Assembly (NCBI RefSeq): GCF_964204645.1
Contig: NC_134026.1
Coordinates: forward strand, 16,526,150-16,590,149
Origin: Tubulanus polymorphus
Taxonomy: Eukaryota; Animalia; Nemertea
Direction of reading: 5' to 3'
Length of the DNA: 64,000 nucleotides
Shown piece after piece: positions 52,338-63,960 of the stretch (the stretch's first letter is position 1; every line of letters starts with the position of its first letter). The position numbers and the translations under genes are program-made. The notes below the pieces were generated by a model, which worked only from the letters and a program-made list of their open reading frames with translations, was not told the origin of the DNA and searched no databases.

Positions 52338-55300
52338 ATGGGGGAGAATGAACACCAGACAGAAAACAATAATGTTAATAAAAATCAATTTTATTGTCCA
52401 TATTGTAAAAAATACATCATGAAAAATCATATAAAAAATGTTATAGATTTTGAAACTTCAGAAAATTCCAATGAAAGAAAAGAACGATTAGAAAATATGA
52501 ATGTGGATGAAATTAAATGTGAAGTTTGTAATGAATTTATAGTAAAAAGGAATTATAATAGACATCTCGAATCACAAAAACACCATCAAAATTTGAGTAA
52601 TAATGTTTTAGGAGAAGATTATTTCGATGATAAACCTCAACAAGTTAAAAAACCAACTTCAAAAACTAAATCCATTTCAAATAAACCCTACATGGAAAAT
52701 GTTAGAAATTATATTGATTCAATAGAAATAAAAGATACAATTGAAATTTTAGAAACAATACATAGTAAAATTGGACCTGCAGCTATTATATTTAGATTTT
52801 TTAAAGGTACAACAATAGAAGATTATAATAAATTTAATGAAATAATAGAAAAAATACTAGATTTGATAACAGATGTTGAATATCCAAAAATTAGTATCTC
52901 TGGGAAAGTAAGTTTTATAAAGTCAGAAGAAAAAAATGGATTATAATATTCAAACACTCTCTGAAGAAATAATTTCAAAAACACAAATAGAAGAGAAGTT
53001 AGAAAAAATATTTAATGAATTTAAACGTCATATTGAAGAAAGATATTTTGAGGGTTCTGGTTTATCATTAAATGAAATTATATATTTAGATTTAAATGTT
53101 TATAATGCAAAAAGAAATAAAACATCAAAAAGTAATAAAATGTTTAAAAATGATACAAACTTTATAACAGAAAAGGATATTAAAGCATCATCTTATATTA
53201 AATTACCATTAACATCAAAAGCAGTAATACATGTTCAAAATGAAGATAATAAATGTTTTCTATGGTCAATTATTAGTTGCTTACACCCAACAGAAGATAT
53301 TAAGCATAGATTTAGAATAACAAATTACCGGGAATATGAAACATTATATAAAATTGATCAATATCCAGTAACTATAAAAATGATACCCAAAATAGATTTT
53401 TAATAATCTAAAAATTAATGTATTCGAATTAATGCAATTACCAAAGACAAAAGGCGAAAATTGGAAGCTTTATATTTAACAGAATATTATGATGATGAAA
53501 ATGCTATAGATTTGTTATATTACAAAAAAGATGAAAATGAACATTATATGTGGTTAAAACAAATTGATTTATTCTTTAGAACAGAAAGTGATTTTAACAG
53601 TCATAAAATTTATCTATGTAGAAAATGTATATCTAAATTTAGAACTGAGAATGCGTTACTAAAACATAAAGAATTATGTGATAATTATGTGATAATAAAG
53701 ATTTTTGTAAATTAATAATGCCACCAAGATTATAAATTGAAATTTACTAATCATAAATTTAAGAATATTGTTCCATTTGTAATATATGGGGATTTTGAAT
53801 CGTTGAATAAAGAATTAACCGATCAAGATAGAAAAGAAATATATAACAAAAAGCAATTATTAAAATTAATGGATAAAGGAAATGAATTAAATGAAGACAC
53901 AACACAAGACCCACCAATTATAAATACAATTAAAAAAAATCATCAAAGAGCTGCTGCTTCTGGAATTTACATAAAATCAAATTATCCCGAATTATATGGA
54001 AGTCAATATATTTCTTTTAGAGGTGAAAATGTAGTTAATGATTTTTGTAATAAAATAATTGAATTAGAAAGTGATTTTGCAGAATTATTAAACAAAAATA
54101 AAAGAATAGTTATGACAAAAGAAGATGAAATTGATTTTAATTATGTAACTCATTGTTGTTATTGTGAAAACGTTTTTATTCATTTGATAAAAAAGTTAGA
54201 GATCATGATCATTTAAATTCAAAATACCGCGGAGCTGCTCATGAAGATTGTAATTTAAAAGCTAAGAAAGTTAATTTCGTACCAATATTATTTCATAATT
54301 TATCAGGTTATGATACCCATATATTTATAAAACAATTATCAGGAAAATTGGGCGCAATTAATCAAGAAATAGAAGAATATAATGCTATGAATGGTGCAAA
54401 TTTAAGAAAATATGATTTTAAACAATTGGCTTAATCATCTGAAAATTATATTTCATTTCAATTTGGTTGCATTAGATTTTTAGATTCTTATAGATTTCTA
54501 GCAAGTTCATTAGATAATTTATCAAAAAGTTTAGTTGATAATGATTTTATAATAACTCGACATTACTATCCAAATGAACAAGATTTTAAATTATTGAGAT
54601 ATAAAGGCGCAATTCCTTATTCATTTTATAAAACACATGATGATTTTAATGTAACAGAATTATTAAAAGATCAATTTTATGATCAATTAAAAGAGGAGTA
54701 TGTGAAAGATGAAGTGTTTAATAGAACATTAAATATTTGGAACCATTTTATGATGAAAAATCATGGTGAATTAGTTGATTTATATTTAAAATCAGATGTT
54801 ATGATATTGGCTGACATATTTGAAAAATTCAGAGAAGTTAATTTAAATCATTTTAATGTTGATCCTTGTTATTGTTATTCAAGCCCCGGTTTAACCTGGC
54901 AATGTGTTTTAAAATATACAAATGTAGAATTAGATTTATTAAAAGAACCAGACATGGTTTTATTATTTGAAAAATCAATTAGGGGTGGAATTAGTGGTGT
55001 TATGGCAGATATATATTTTAAAGCAAATGATGAATATAAATTATTATATATTGACGCCAATGATTTTTATGGTTGGGCAATGATGCAACCTCAACCATAG
55101 AAAAATTTTATATTAACAGAAGTTGAAAATGATGATAAATCTGACTGGGAAAGCGCAATTGCGAGTTTAAAAGATGAAGCACCAATTGGCTATTTCTTTG
55201 TAGTTGATTTAGAATATCCTGAAAATATAAAGTTTAAAACAAGAAACTAACCTTATTGCCTAGAACATTTAACTGTAGATGATAGTTATTTAAGTGAATA

Positions 55301-57367
55301 CCAGAAGAAAATAAAACCGAAAGATCATGTTTTTACAGAAAAATTAATACTTACTCAAAATAATAAATACAATTATATCGTTCATTATAGAATGTTAAAA
55401 TTTTATCTAAAACAAGGAATGAAATTAAAGAAAGTACATAGATATATTGAATTTAATCAATCGAAGTGGTTAGAAAAATATATAGATTTCAATACTCAAC
55501 AGAGAACAATATCTAAAACAGATTTTGAAAAAGATTTTTTTAAATTAATGAACAATAGTTTTTATGGAAAAACATGTGAAAATATTAGAAATAGAAATGA
55601 TATTGAATTAGTAAATAATTCTGAACGATTAAGACATTTACAATCAAGTCCTAGACATTTAGGAAATAAAAGATTTGAAGATTATTTAACAGCAGTTAAA
55701 TTAAAAAGAACGTCAATGAAATTTAATAAACCTATATTCATTGGTTCAAATGTTTTAGAAGTATCAAAATTATTAATGTATGATTTTTATTATAATGTTT
55801 TACAACCACTTTTTGGGGAAAAGCATATTGAAATATTATATTTTGATTCTGTAACAGCTGACACCCCAATATTATTAAAATGTAATGATAAAATATTGAT
55901 AAGAAGAATTTCAGAAATAATTCCAAAACAAAATGAATGTTATATTTCGTATGGTGAAAAAGAATTAATACAAATAAATGAATTAATGGATGTTTGGACA
56001 AGAAACGGATGGAAAAAATTAAAGAATATTATTAGGCATAAAACAAATAAGAAAATCTATAGAGTTAGAACTAAATTAGGGTTTGTAGATGTTACAGAAG
56101 ATCATAGTTTAATTAAACGAAATGGCGATGAAATAAAACCAACTGATATAAAAATTGGAGATGAATTATTACATAAAAGATTTTTCCAAAGAATGAATCA
56201 TATGTCATTCAACGAAATTATTGATAATATTTATAATATAGAACCTGAAACATTAGAAGAAAAAGAATATTTTATCAAAGGATTTTTCATTGGTGATGGT
56301 TCAGCAGGTGTGTATAAATATGTTAATCGCACTCAATATTGCTGGTATTTATGCAATCAAGATTTGAAATTATTAGAAAGAATAAAGAAATTCTGTGAAG
56401 AAGTTTATTCACATAAAAAATTTAAAATCATAGATGTTATGAAATCATCACAATGTTATAGAATACATGTGAATAATACTAAAGATTTTGCAATTAAATA
56501 TAATGATGAATTCTATATTCATGCAATAGTGAAAAGTAATACTTCAACAAAAGAAAAGATAGTTCCAGATTATGTATTAAATGCAAAAGATAATTTAAGA
56601 AAATGGTTCTTCATTGGGTTCTATGCTGCAGATGGTTCAAAAAGTTTCAAAAACCACAAAACAATATCTTTAGCTCAAAAAGGAAAAGTTACTATATCAG
56701 GATTGAATATATTATGTAATTCATTAGGTTTTAATATGAATATTGGATTGATTAAATCTAAACCAAATTGCTTTAATTTAAGCCATGTAGAAAATGAGTT
56801 AACTGAAGAAGTTAAAGATTTATTCGAAATATATAACCCAACAGATTATGTTTATGATTTATCATCTGAAGATGGCACATTCAACTGTGGATTTCCATTA
56901 ATTGCGTTCAATACTGACGCCTACATACTAAAAATCAAGACAAATGATATAACAAAAGACTTAAAAACATCAAAACATCATTTTGATTTTAGCAATTATC
57001 CCAAAGATCATGAACTATTTAGCAATGATAATAAAAAGATTCCTGGTAAATTTAAAGATGAATTAGGGGGTGATGAAATGATTGAATTTGTTGGGATAAG
57101 AAGTAAAATGTAAAGTTACAGAACAAAAGATCATGAAGCTAAAAAATTAAAAGGATTAAAAAACATGTAGTTGATAAACACATAGAATTTAAAGATTATA
57201 TAAAGTGTTTATATAACTCAATTGTAATGAAACATAAAATGAATTGTTTAAGATCAGAAGATCACGAGATGTATATTAATGAAGTTGAGAAACTAGTTTA
57301 AATCCATTTGATGATAAAAGACATATTTCAGATGATGGTATAAAAAACATTACCTTATGGTTATTAA
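52338..57367 (+). pseudogene. polB: protein-primed family B DNA polymerase (pPolB), full length, intein-containing, with stops/frameshifts in the exteins
   Basis: NEDNKCFLWS; ExoI VIYGDFES; RDHDH...YRGAAHEDCNL; ExoII FHNLSGYD; FLDSYRFL; ExoIII YLKSDV; motif A YIDANDFYGWAM; motif B KLMNNSFYGK; motif C YFD|TD; PGKFKDE; NPFDDKR. Confidence 0.95.
55848..56912 (+). mobile_element. intein (355 aa) with LAGLIDADG homing endonuclease inserted in pPolB motif C
   Basis: Block A SVTADTPILL; block B VDVTEDHSL; LAGLIDADG motifs FIKGFFIGDGS and FFIGFYAADGS; block F YVYDLSSEDGTF; C-terminal Asn followed by Thr; removal restores YFDTD. Confidence 0.95.
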
Positions 57368-57735
57368 AATGGATCAATATCATCAAACTCGAAATCACTA
57401 TTGGTTCCTTCTTTTTCATTTAATTGTTCTTGTATAATTTGTTTAGGTTCTTCCATTTCATTTTTCTCATTTAAATAAAGTTCTATCTTGTACCACATTT
57501 CATCTCGCTCTCTTTGTTTCTTTTTGTTTGTTAATTCATCAAATGGAATTATAATATCGATGTTTAAATAATTTACAATCTTATTTAAAAAGAATTCATA
57601 ATTAATTGAATCTGTTATTCTATTATCCACATAATATCTTAATATTTGTTTGAATATGTCTTTTATATTTTCAATATCTTTTTCTGTTAATTTAGGTTTT
57701 TTATAATAATTGTTAAATAATAAATATAAATGCAT
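57364..57735 (-). CDS. hypothetical protein of copy C
   Basis: 123-aa AT-rich ORF convergent with pPolB. Confidence 0.5.
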   Translation of the reverse strand: MHLYLLFNNYYKKPKLTEKDIENIKDIFKQILRYYVDNRITDSINYEFFLNKIVNYLNIDIIIPFDELTNKKKQRERDEMWYKIELYLNEKNEMEEPKQIIQEQLNEKEGTNSDFEFDDIDPF

Positions 57736-57798
57736 TTTCTCTTCTTGTGTGTTAAATGTTGATGGAATAATTGTTTTTATTATATCTTTTTAGTTATT

Positions 57799-58398
57799 TC
57801 ACCATTTTAATTTTCTATTATTTTCAAGCCATTGCTTATATTCTGGTGTATGATCTTCCATAGAAAATATATTAAATATTTCATCTAGATATTTTAATTT
57901 TGGTTCTATGAGAAAATCTCTAGTTTTTTCATCACCCCATGAATTTTTTTCCCATCCACATACATTACAAAATATCACAGAACCTTCTTGTCTTAAGTAC
58001 TCATAAATACATTTTGGACATTTTTGTCTATCATTTCTTAGTAATAGCTCTTCGTTAAGCTCTTGGTATTTTCTTACGTTTTCTTTATGTTTTATTGTTC
58101 TATTATGTAGATTTGAATTACTTGTTGTAATAATCAATTTATAATATTTACAATAATATGTTTTTCTTGTTAATTCATTGTATTGTTTTTCCAACTTTTT
58201 AAGCGTTTCTTCATTATCTGGCAACGTTTTCTCATATTTAATTTTTTCTAATATTTTATTTTGTCTTTCATTGAATTCAGTTTCAAATTTATTAGAAATT
58301 TTATCTATATGTATTTTACGAAATTGATGATTTTCCCAAGCTTCTATATTTTTAGGACTATATTTCATTCGACAAGGCTCGCAGAAATGATCTGTCAT
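57799..58398 (-). CDS. zinc-finger/zinc-ribbon protein of copy C
   Basis: FCEPC...HQFRKIH; YYCKY...HNRTIKH; KCPKC...FCNVCGW. Confidence 0.6.
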   Translation of the reverse strand: MTDHFCEPCRMKYSPKNIEAWENHQFRKIHIDKISNKFETEFNERQNKILEKIKYEKTLPDNEETLKKLEKQYNELTRKTYYCKYYKLIITTSNSNLHNRTIKHKENVRKYQELNEELLLRNDRQKCPKCIYEYLRQEGSVIFCNVCGWEKNSWGDEKTRDFLIEPKLKYLDEIFNIFSMEDHTPEYKQWLENNRKLKW

Positions 58399-58404
58399 AT
58401 TATC

Positions 58405-58680
58405 CTTGTCATATAATAAGAAAGGTCTTTTCCAAATAATTTCAGATTCAACTTCAGCAGAATTACTATTACTTTCATAACTATCAACATTAGCCGTTGC
58501 GCCATTAATTTTACACTTCTCTCAATGTTTTTTAACATAATTTCTTGAGAATAATTTATTACATTTTGGGCAGTTTATTTTAGGGGGTTTATAATTTTCA
58601 TCATGTTTTTTCATATGTCGAGCCATATTACTTTTTCTTAGAAGTTCACCACAAATTTCACATGCTATCTTCTCATCCAT
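58405..58680 (-). pseudogene. small C2H2-type zinc finger gene
   Basis: MDEKIACEICGELLRKSNMARHMKKH...NCPKCNKLFSRNYVKKH*; TAAATG start. Confidence 0.6.
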
Positions 58681-58748
58681 TTATTTAGGAAAAATTTTAT
58701 TAAAATTAATTTTTAGTGATTAGCGGTAATTTTTTTATGTTATGAATA

Positions 58749-59350
58749 ATGGTAGAATTAAAAGAATACAGAATATTTGTTGATTCTAGAAGACTTACAA
58801 ATTATAAATCTCATAATTTACTAGTACAATTAGATAGAGAATTTAAGGATTGTGTGGATTGTGTTGATTTAAAATTAGTAAATATAAGTTTATGTAATTC
58901 TTTTTATAATGTATCGGGTAAATGTATTGAACATAGATTGTTTATTTTTGATAGAAATGCCGATAAATGGTATCATATATTTATAAGACCAGGATTATAT
59001 AATTTAGAAACATTAGCGCAAGAAATTAATAGGGCGCGGCTGCTGGATTTGTAATTAAATTTTCAAAAAGTGATATCAATAATAAAGTAAGAATAAAGTT
59101 AGATAAAGATGAACAACATAAATTTTTAGTTAAAAAACCTATGGCTAAACTGTTAGGAATTAATCTAAATAAACTTTATTCAAATGTTGACATTGCACCA
59201 AACTTAATACCTTACACGCATTTTTATAATTATTGCAATTTAATTGATCCTACAAAAACATTCGAAGCAACTAAACATATAACTTGTAATTCTGGTTTAT
59301 TAAACATTTTACCATTGAAGAATGTTAAATGGAACGCAAATAAATTATAA
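58749..59350 (+). pseudogene. probable minor capsid (penton-like) protein, frameshifted
   Basis: LVNISLCNSFYNV...IRPGLYNLETLAQEI...AKLLGI...YCNLID...LLNILP pattern typical of Polinton-like pentons (recalled, not searched). Confidence 0.55.
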
Positions 59351-59582
59351 TTTAACAGAATAATTATAATTTAAAGAAAATTATAATATAGAAAAAGTAA
59401 TTGATTTAATTAAAACGCCTTTAGAATATTATGAATTAAATGAAGATGGAATTATTGATGATATTAAAAACATATTAACCAAAATATATGATAATCATAA
59501 AAGTAGTAATGAAATAAATGTTGAAATAATCATAACTAAGAAAAATAAATATTTTGAAGATAGTAATTTTTTTGATAAATAA

Positions 59583-60152
59583 ATGAGTGATAATAAGTGG
59601 ATAATAACTGGATTATATAATGGAGCATTACTATCAGTTGGAACTGTTGATTATTCAATGGTATTTAAAAAAAGTATTTAAAATGGGAAGTGTTAATGTT
59701 GATAGATTTGATATGATATTTTAAAATTAACATTAGCTTCTGTAATTCTAACTACTATAGGAACAGCAATTGTTAACGCTTTAGCATTTACTGGTGGTAG
59801 TTATTTATTTAGGCATATAGATAAAAATAGTTCATTAAAAGAACAAAAAAGACATAACTTAGCATTAGAGAAATACAATAAAGCAGCAGAAGAATACAGA
59901 GAAAAGAGGCAAAACTATATGGATTATATTAACAAGGAATTATATGATCAGAAGATTTCACATAGAGATTTTCAATCAGTTGATGATGCAATGAGTTTAT
60001 ATAACGCGGTAACCAATAAAGAAAAATTACATCTATACAAACCTAAATTATTAGATTATTATACCCCAGGTAAATAACAACAGAAATATGAAATAATTTG
60101 GATTTTAGGTGAAACAGTTATTGTTATATTTGTTGCATATAAATTTACTAAT
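59583..60152 (+). pseudogene. two small hydrophobic/coiled-coil genes of Polinton-like element
   Basis: MSDNKWIITGLYNGALL...; GTAIVNALAFTGGSYLF...EQKRHNLALEK...DFQSVDDAM...PKLLDYYTP. Confidence 0.55.
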
Positions 60153-60174
60153 TAGTAATTTTTTTGTTAGATAA

Positions 60175-60608
60175 ATGGATGATAAAGTTGATAAAATTGA
60201 TATTATTCCCCATGATATGAATAAAACTAAATTAAAAATATATTTAGAAAAACAAATATTAGAATTTGAAAGTGACTTAAAGATAAAAAAGAAAAAATAT
60301 TTAAAAAGTAAAATTATATATTATCTTATTAATAGTGTTTCAGTTACAAATAGTTCTGTAATAACATTTCTAGCAATATTCTCACCTTTAACACCTTTAG
60401 CTATATCAATTGGTGTGCTAGGTTTAAGTTCAAGTGTTTTAACCGGTATAAGTTCAAAATTAAATATAAAAAGTAATAAAGAAAAAATTAAAAATAATAT
60501 AAAATAAATTAATAAATTGAAGAATACACTAGATTATATAATGAGTTTAAATGGCCATATAACAGTTGAAGAACAAGATAAATTATTAAAAGAATTAATA
60601 AATTATTA
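60175..60608 (+). pseudogene. coiled-coil plus two-TM protein, premature stop at 60507
   Basis: ORF 60175..60507 with hydrophobic hairpin; homolog at 31895-32235. Confidence 0.6.
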
Positions 60609-60625
60609 ATTTTTCAATTATATAA

Positions 60626-60960
60626 ATGGGGTTTCCAAAAGCTTTCCAATATAATAAATCATATAGATATTTAATTCCACCTATAAATTTTTAATAGTTT
60701 TATAACATATAAAAATGTAGTTTTACCTTCATTAATTAATTTAGAAATTTATGTTACTGAAACAAAGTTTTTCATTTCTAGAATGGAAAATATATTTAAT
60801 ACATATGAAGTTACTTTTACTCGAGGTGAATATAATATATATAAAATAAAATGATGAAATATGAAATATGAAATATTGGCAGAATCAATTACATTTTGCT
60901 GTTTATTGTGCAACAACAGGGTGTGGTATAAGTTGGAATGATCACTTGAATAATTTATAT
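60626..60960 (+). pseudogene. truncated homolog of 32251..33399
   Basis: atggggtttccaaaagctttccaa start; QLHFAVYCATTGCGISWN. Confidence 0.65.
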
Positions 60961-61779
60961 AACAATTTGTCTTATAAGGGTTTTCTGTTTCTTCACAGAA
61001 AACCCTATTGAAATTCGCGTGATTATTATTTTTTTCCCTTTTCCACATAGTTTTTGTTAAAAGTGTAAAGGCTTCCTTACCTTACCGCTGTCGCCGATAC
61101 AATCCGTATGGTGTCCTTCAGCTCACTTCAATCTCCAGATACTGCATGGGAATTTTGATAAATCCACGTTATAAAGGCACTGTCGAGCCGTAAACATCGG
61201 AAATTTGGCTCCATTCAATTAGTTGCCATGTTGTGTTTTCTTACCGATATTTCTCTCTTCTTTTCGAGGAAGAGCTATCGAATAATTCCCTCTCTTCTCC
61301 ACAATCAATTTCAAAGTCAATTTTATGAATTTATTGCTCAGCGGGTCCGAGTCCAAGAGTTTGCGAGTCCGGCGTTCGCGTGTCTGACAGGTTTACGGGC
61401 ATTTGTTTGTTACCTCTTTAATATGTTTGATTTCTTGTTATTCCGCTTATTTTATTTAAGTATATTGCTGATCAGTTCATGTAACCAAAAGCGTCAATAA
61501 ACAGACTTTGAATTGATCAAGTTTAAATCAAGGTCGTTGAGTCGCGGAAGGCTACTAGAATTACGTTCGTCTTCGTCTCAGAGAGAAAACAAACGACAGA
61601 AAAGTATCAGGTGATTATCGATAGCCTACAACGGTACACACAGTTGACAAACAGTGTTAGGCCTGTGCCGGTTGGTGCGTACTGGGACTAAATATACTGG
61701 TTGGTCAGTTGGTTCGGTTGTGAAGTGTGGAAGCTAAGATTATAAGAAAGCCTACCGGTATTTATTTGTCTATAGGCCT

Positions 61780-62385
61780 AGAAGCCAATACCATTTTAAG
61801 TACGTAGTTGTTAACCGCACGTGACTGTACGGTGATCTCCACAGGTTAACCGCGTACGTGAGGTCCCTACTAAGTTTATAATGCCATACGTGAGTTCCTA
61901 GTAGCCAATACCATTTTAAGTACGAAATTGTAATGCGTACGTGACTGTACGGTGATATCCACAGGTTAACCGTACGTGAGTTCCCTACTTACGCCGTACG
62001 TGAGTTCCTAGTAGCCAATACCATTTTAAGTACGAAATTGTAACGCGTACGTGACTGTACGGTGATATCCACAGGTTAACCGTACGTGAGTTCCCTAAAA
62101 ACGCTGTACGTGAGTTCCTATAATCTGCAAACGCGCATGCGTAAAAGAATAGAGTTTGGGTTAGGTGAGGCTAGGCTATTTGTAAATCAAATTTCATCCA
62201 CCCACCAGTTACGTTCTGTGGCACAGTGGGTAAATCACTGGACTACTACTGGATTTTTTTTTCGTTTGGTTTCGAATCCCAATATTGCAAGTCCTAGCGT
62301 CAACGTACTCACATATAGCTTACCTGTAGAAATCACCGTACAGTCACGTACAGGTAACAACAGCGTTTTAAGTATTAAGTGAGTA
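61780..62385. repeat. about 110-120-bp tandem repeats with an inverted copy (probable non-autonomous DNA transposon)
   Basis: agccaataccattttaagtacg at 61782, 61903 and 62013; inverted gtacgtgactgtacggtgat copy near 62330-62350. Confidence 0.7.
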
Positions 62386-63407
62386 CGACAAGCCTACCAT
62401 GCCTATGTACTACAAACACAACTTTTTCCCTCTCGTCGGCCCTACAGTGATGTTACTATAACTGGTGCCATTATAATATGGATAGGATTTGGTCAGGACT
62501 AGCCTAAAGTCTAATTCATTCTATGTACTAATTCACTCGATAGGCCTATTTTTAAAACAATACAGTGAAATATTCACACGCAGAAAGGCTAATTGATTTG
62601 AGCCATGTGATTAAGTTTGGCCAGGCCTTCTCTGACCTGCTGACATTAATAGTCAAACCAAAACGTTCATGTGGTCACGGCTTGTATTACCATAAATCAT
62701 TGTAGGCCTGTACATTATGCTGTTCGTAGGTTTGGTATACCGATTTCTCCATTCTTGACTGATAAGTGTACGGTACAGCTGTACGCATTATATAATTGTT
62801 CCAATGGGAATAGGGCCTATTGATTGGGCTTATTATTTCCTGCTTTAGAGTACTGAAATAAACCTAATGTTCATTCAAATATCCAACATCGGTGAAAGTT
62901 TGATTAATACTGTATACATGTACTGTAGGTTTTCATGTTGTATGAATATTTTGCAGTTCAAATGGGTATGATGCTGATTCCATTGTCAAACGCATGAAGT
63001 TAGATGGTCAAGGACAGTCAACACCAAGATATCTCTCTTCGACCGATGTTGTACCATAGAAGATCTGATTCTTTCAACTCAAGGAAAGTGATTCAACACG
63101 ATCGACAACACTGGAATAGGTTTGCAGTAACTAACCGTTCATTTCATTTAGTCCTATGTACTTTTTAGCCAATTTGGATTTGATTGTAATTGAAACTCTG
63201 GAACTGTTAACAAAAGACAAGTAAGACAAGTTGAAAAAACACAAGTTATGCTTGATTCTCATGTTCAAATTTAATTCAAATTTATTTTATTACATCATAT
63301 TTACAAAGCATATCATTGGTTCATACAGTAATAAAAATTAGGGCAGAACAAATATTATTACAGAAACTCCAAAAAGGCAATGAATTTCTATGACTAAATG
63401 AACATTA

Positions 63408-63960
63408 TTTTTAGCCCACTTGGGACTTTAGTCCCAGCGGGCTATTGCGTTCACATTTCGTCCGTCGTCCGTCCGTAGACGGAAATCAGTTATTTTAGGA
63501 AGTTTTGAAGACGCTTCAATGTAATGTCTTGATATTTGGGTTACACATGTATCTACCCTAGACACATCTTCAGCTCAAAAACTGGCCCTGTCAGAATCAA
63601 GATGGCCGACTGGCAGCCATTGTTGTTCGCCAAAATCAACACTTTTTACACATTTTTGAGGGAAATTTTGAAGATGCTTTGATCAATTACCTTGATCTTT
63701 CGGATATATGTGAATGCCCCTGGGCCCATCAGCATAACAAAAATTGGGATACGGACTCAAGATGGCCGTCCTATGACCTTTTTTAGTGCCCAAAAATGTC
63801 AATTTTGGCCCGAATTCTGAGTTTGCCATTTCTCATTGCAATTTGTGATGGGTATTCTTTGAAAAGGGATGTTTTATACCTTTGATACCTGAATTGTTAG
63901 ATTGTTGAGCATTTGGAACCACTTCCCAAGTGGGCATGGTGTCCCTGGACCCCTAGTTCT
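63408..63960. mobile_element. HINE/DINE-like element end (different family)
   Basis: tttttagcccacttgggactttagtcccagcgggcta hairpin followed by tccgtcgtccgtccgt microsatellite; far end approximate. Confidence 0.6.

Larger units (their letters stand above)
52315..60960. mobile_element. Polinton/Maverick-like element copy C (partial, decayed)
   Basis: AT-rich block with full-length pPolB, ZnF genes, penton-like gene and genes homologous to the left end of copy B. Confidence 0.92.

Noticed and set aside
55848-56912. Alternative reading as a Hedgehog Hint domain or group I intron ORF
   Set aside because: In-frame insertion in a polymerase active-site motif with terminal Asn, +1 Thr and internal LAGLIDADG motifs fits a canonical intein
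52338-57367. Alternative genetic code explaining the stops in the viral genes
   Set aside because: Lesions include frameshifts and mixed stop types, and differ between homologous copies, indicating decay
61780-62120. Repeat array considered as CRISPR
   Set aside because: Sequences between the repeated anchors are themselves repeated; no cas genes; eukaryotic context
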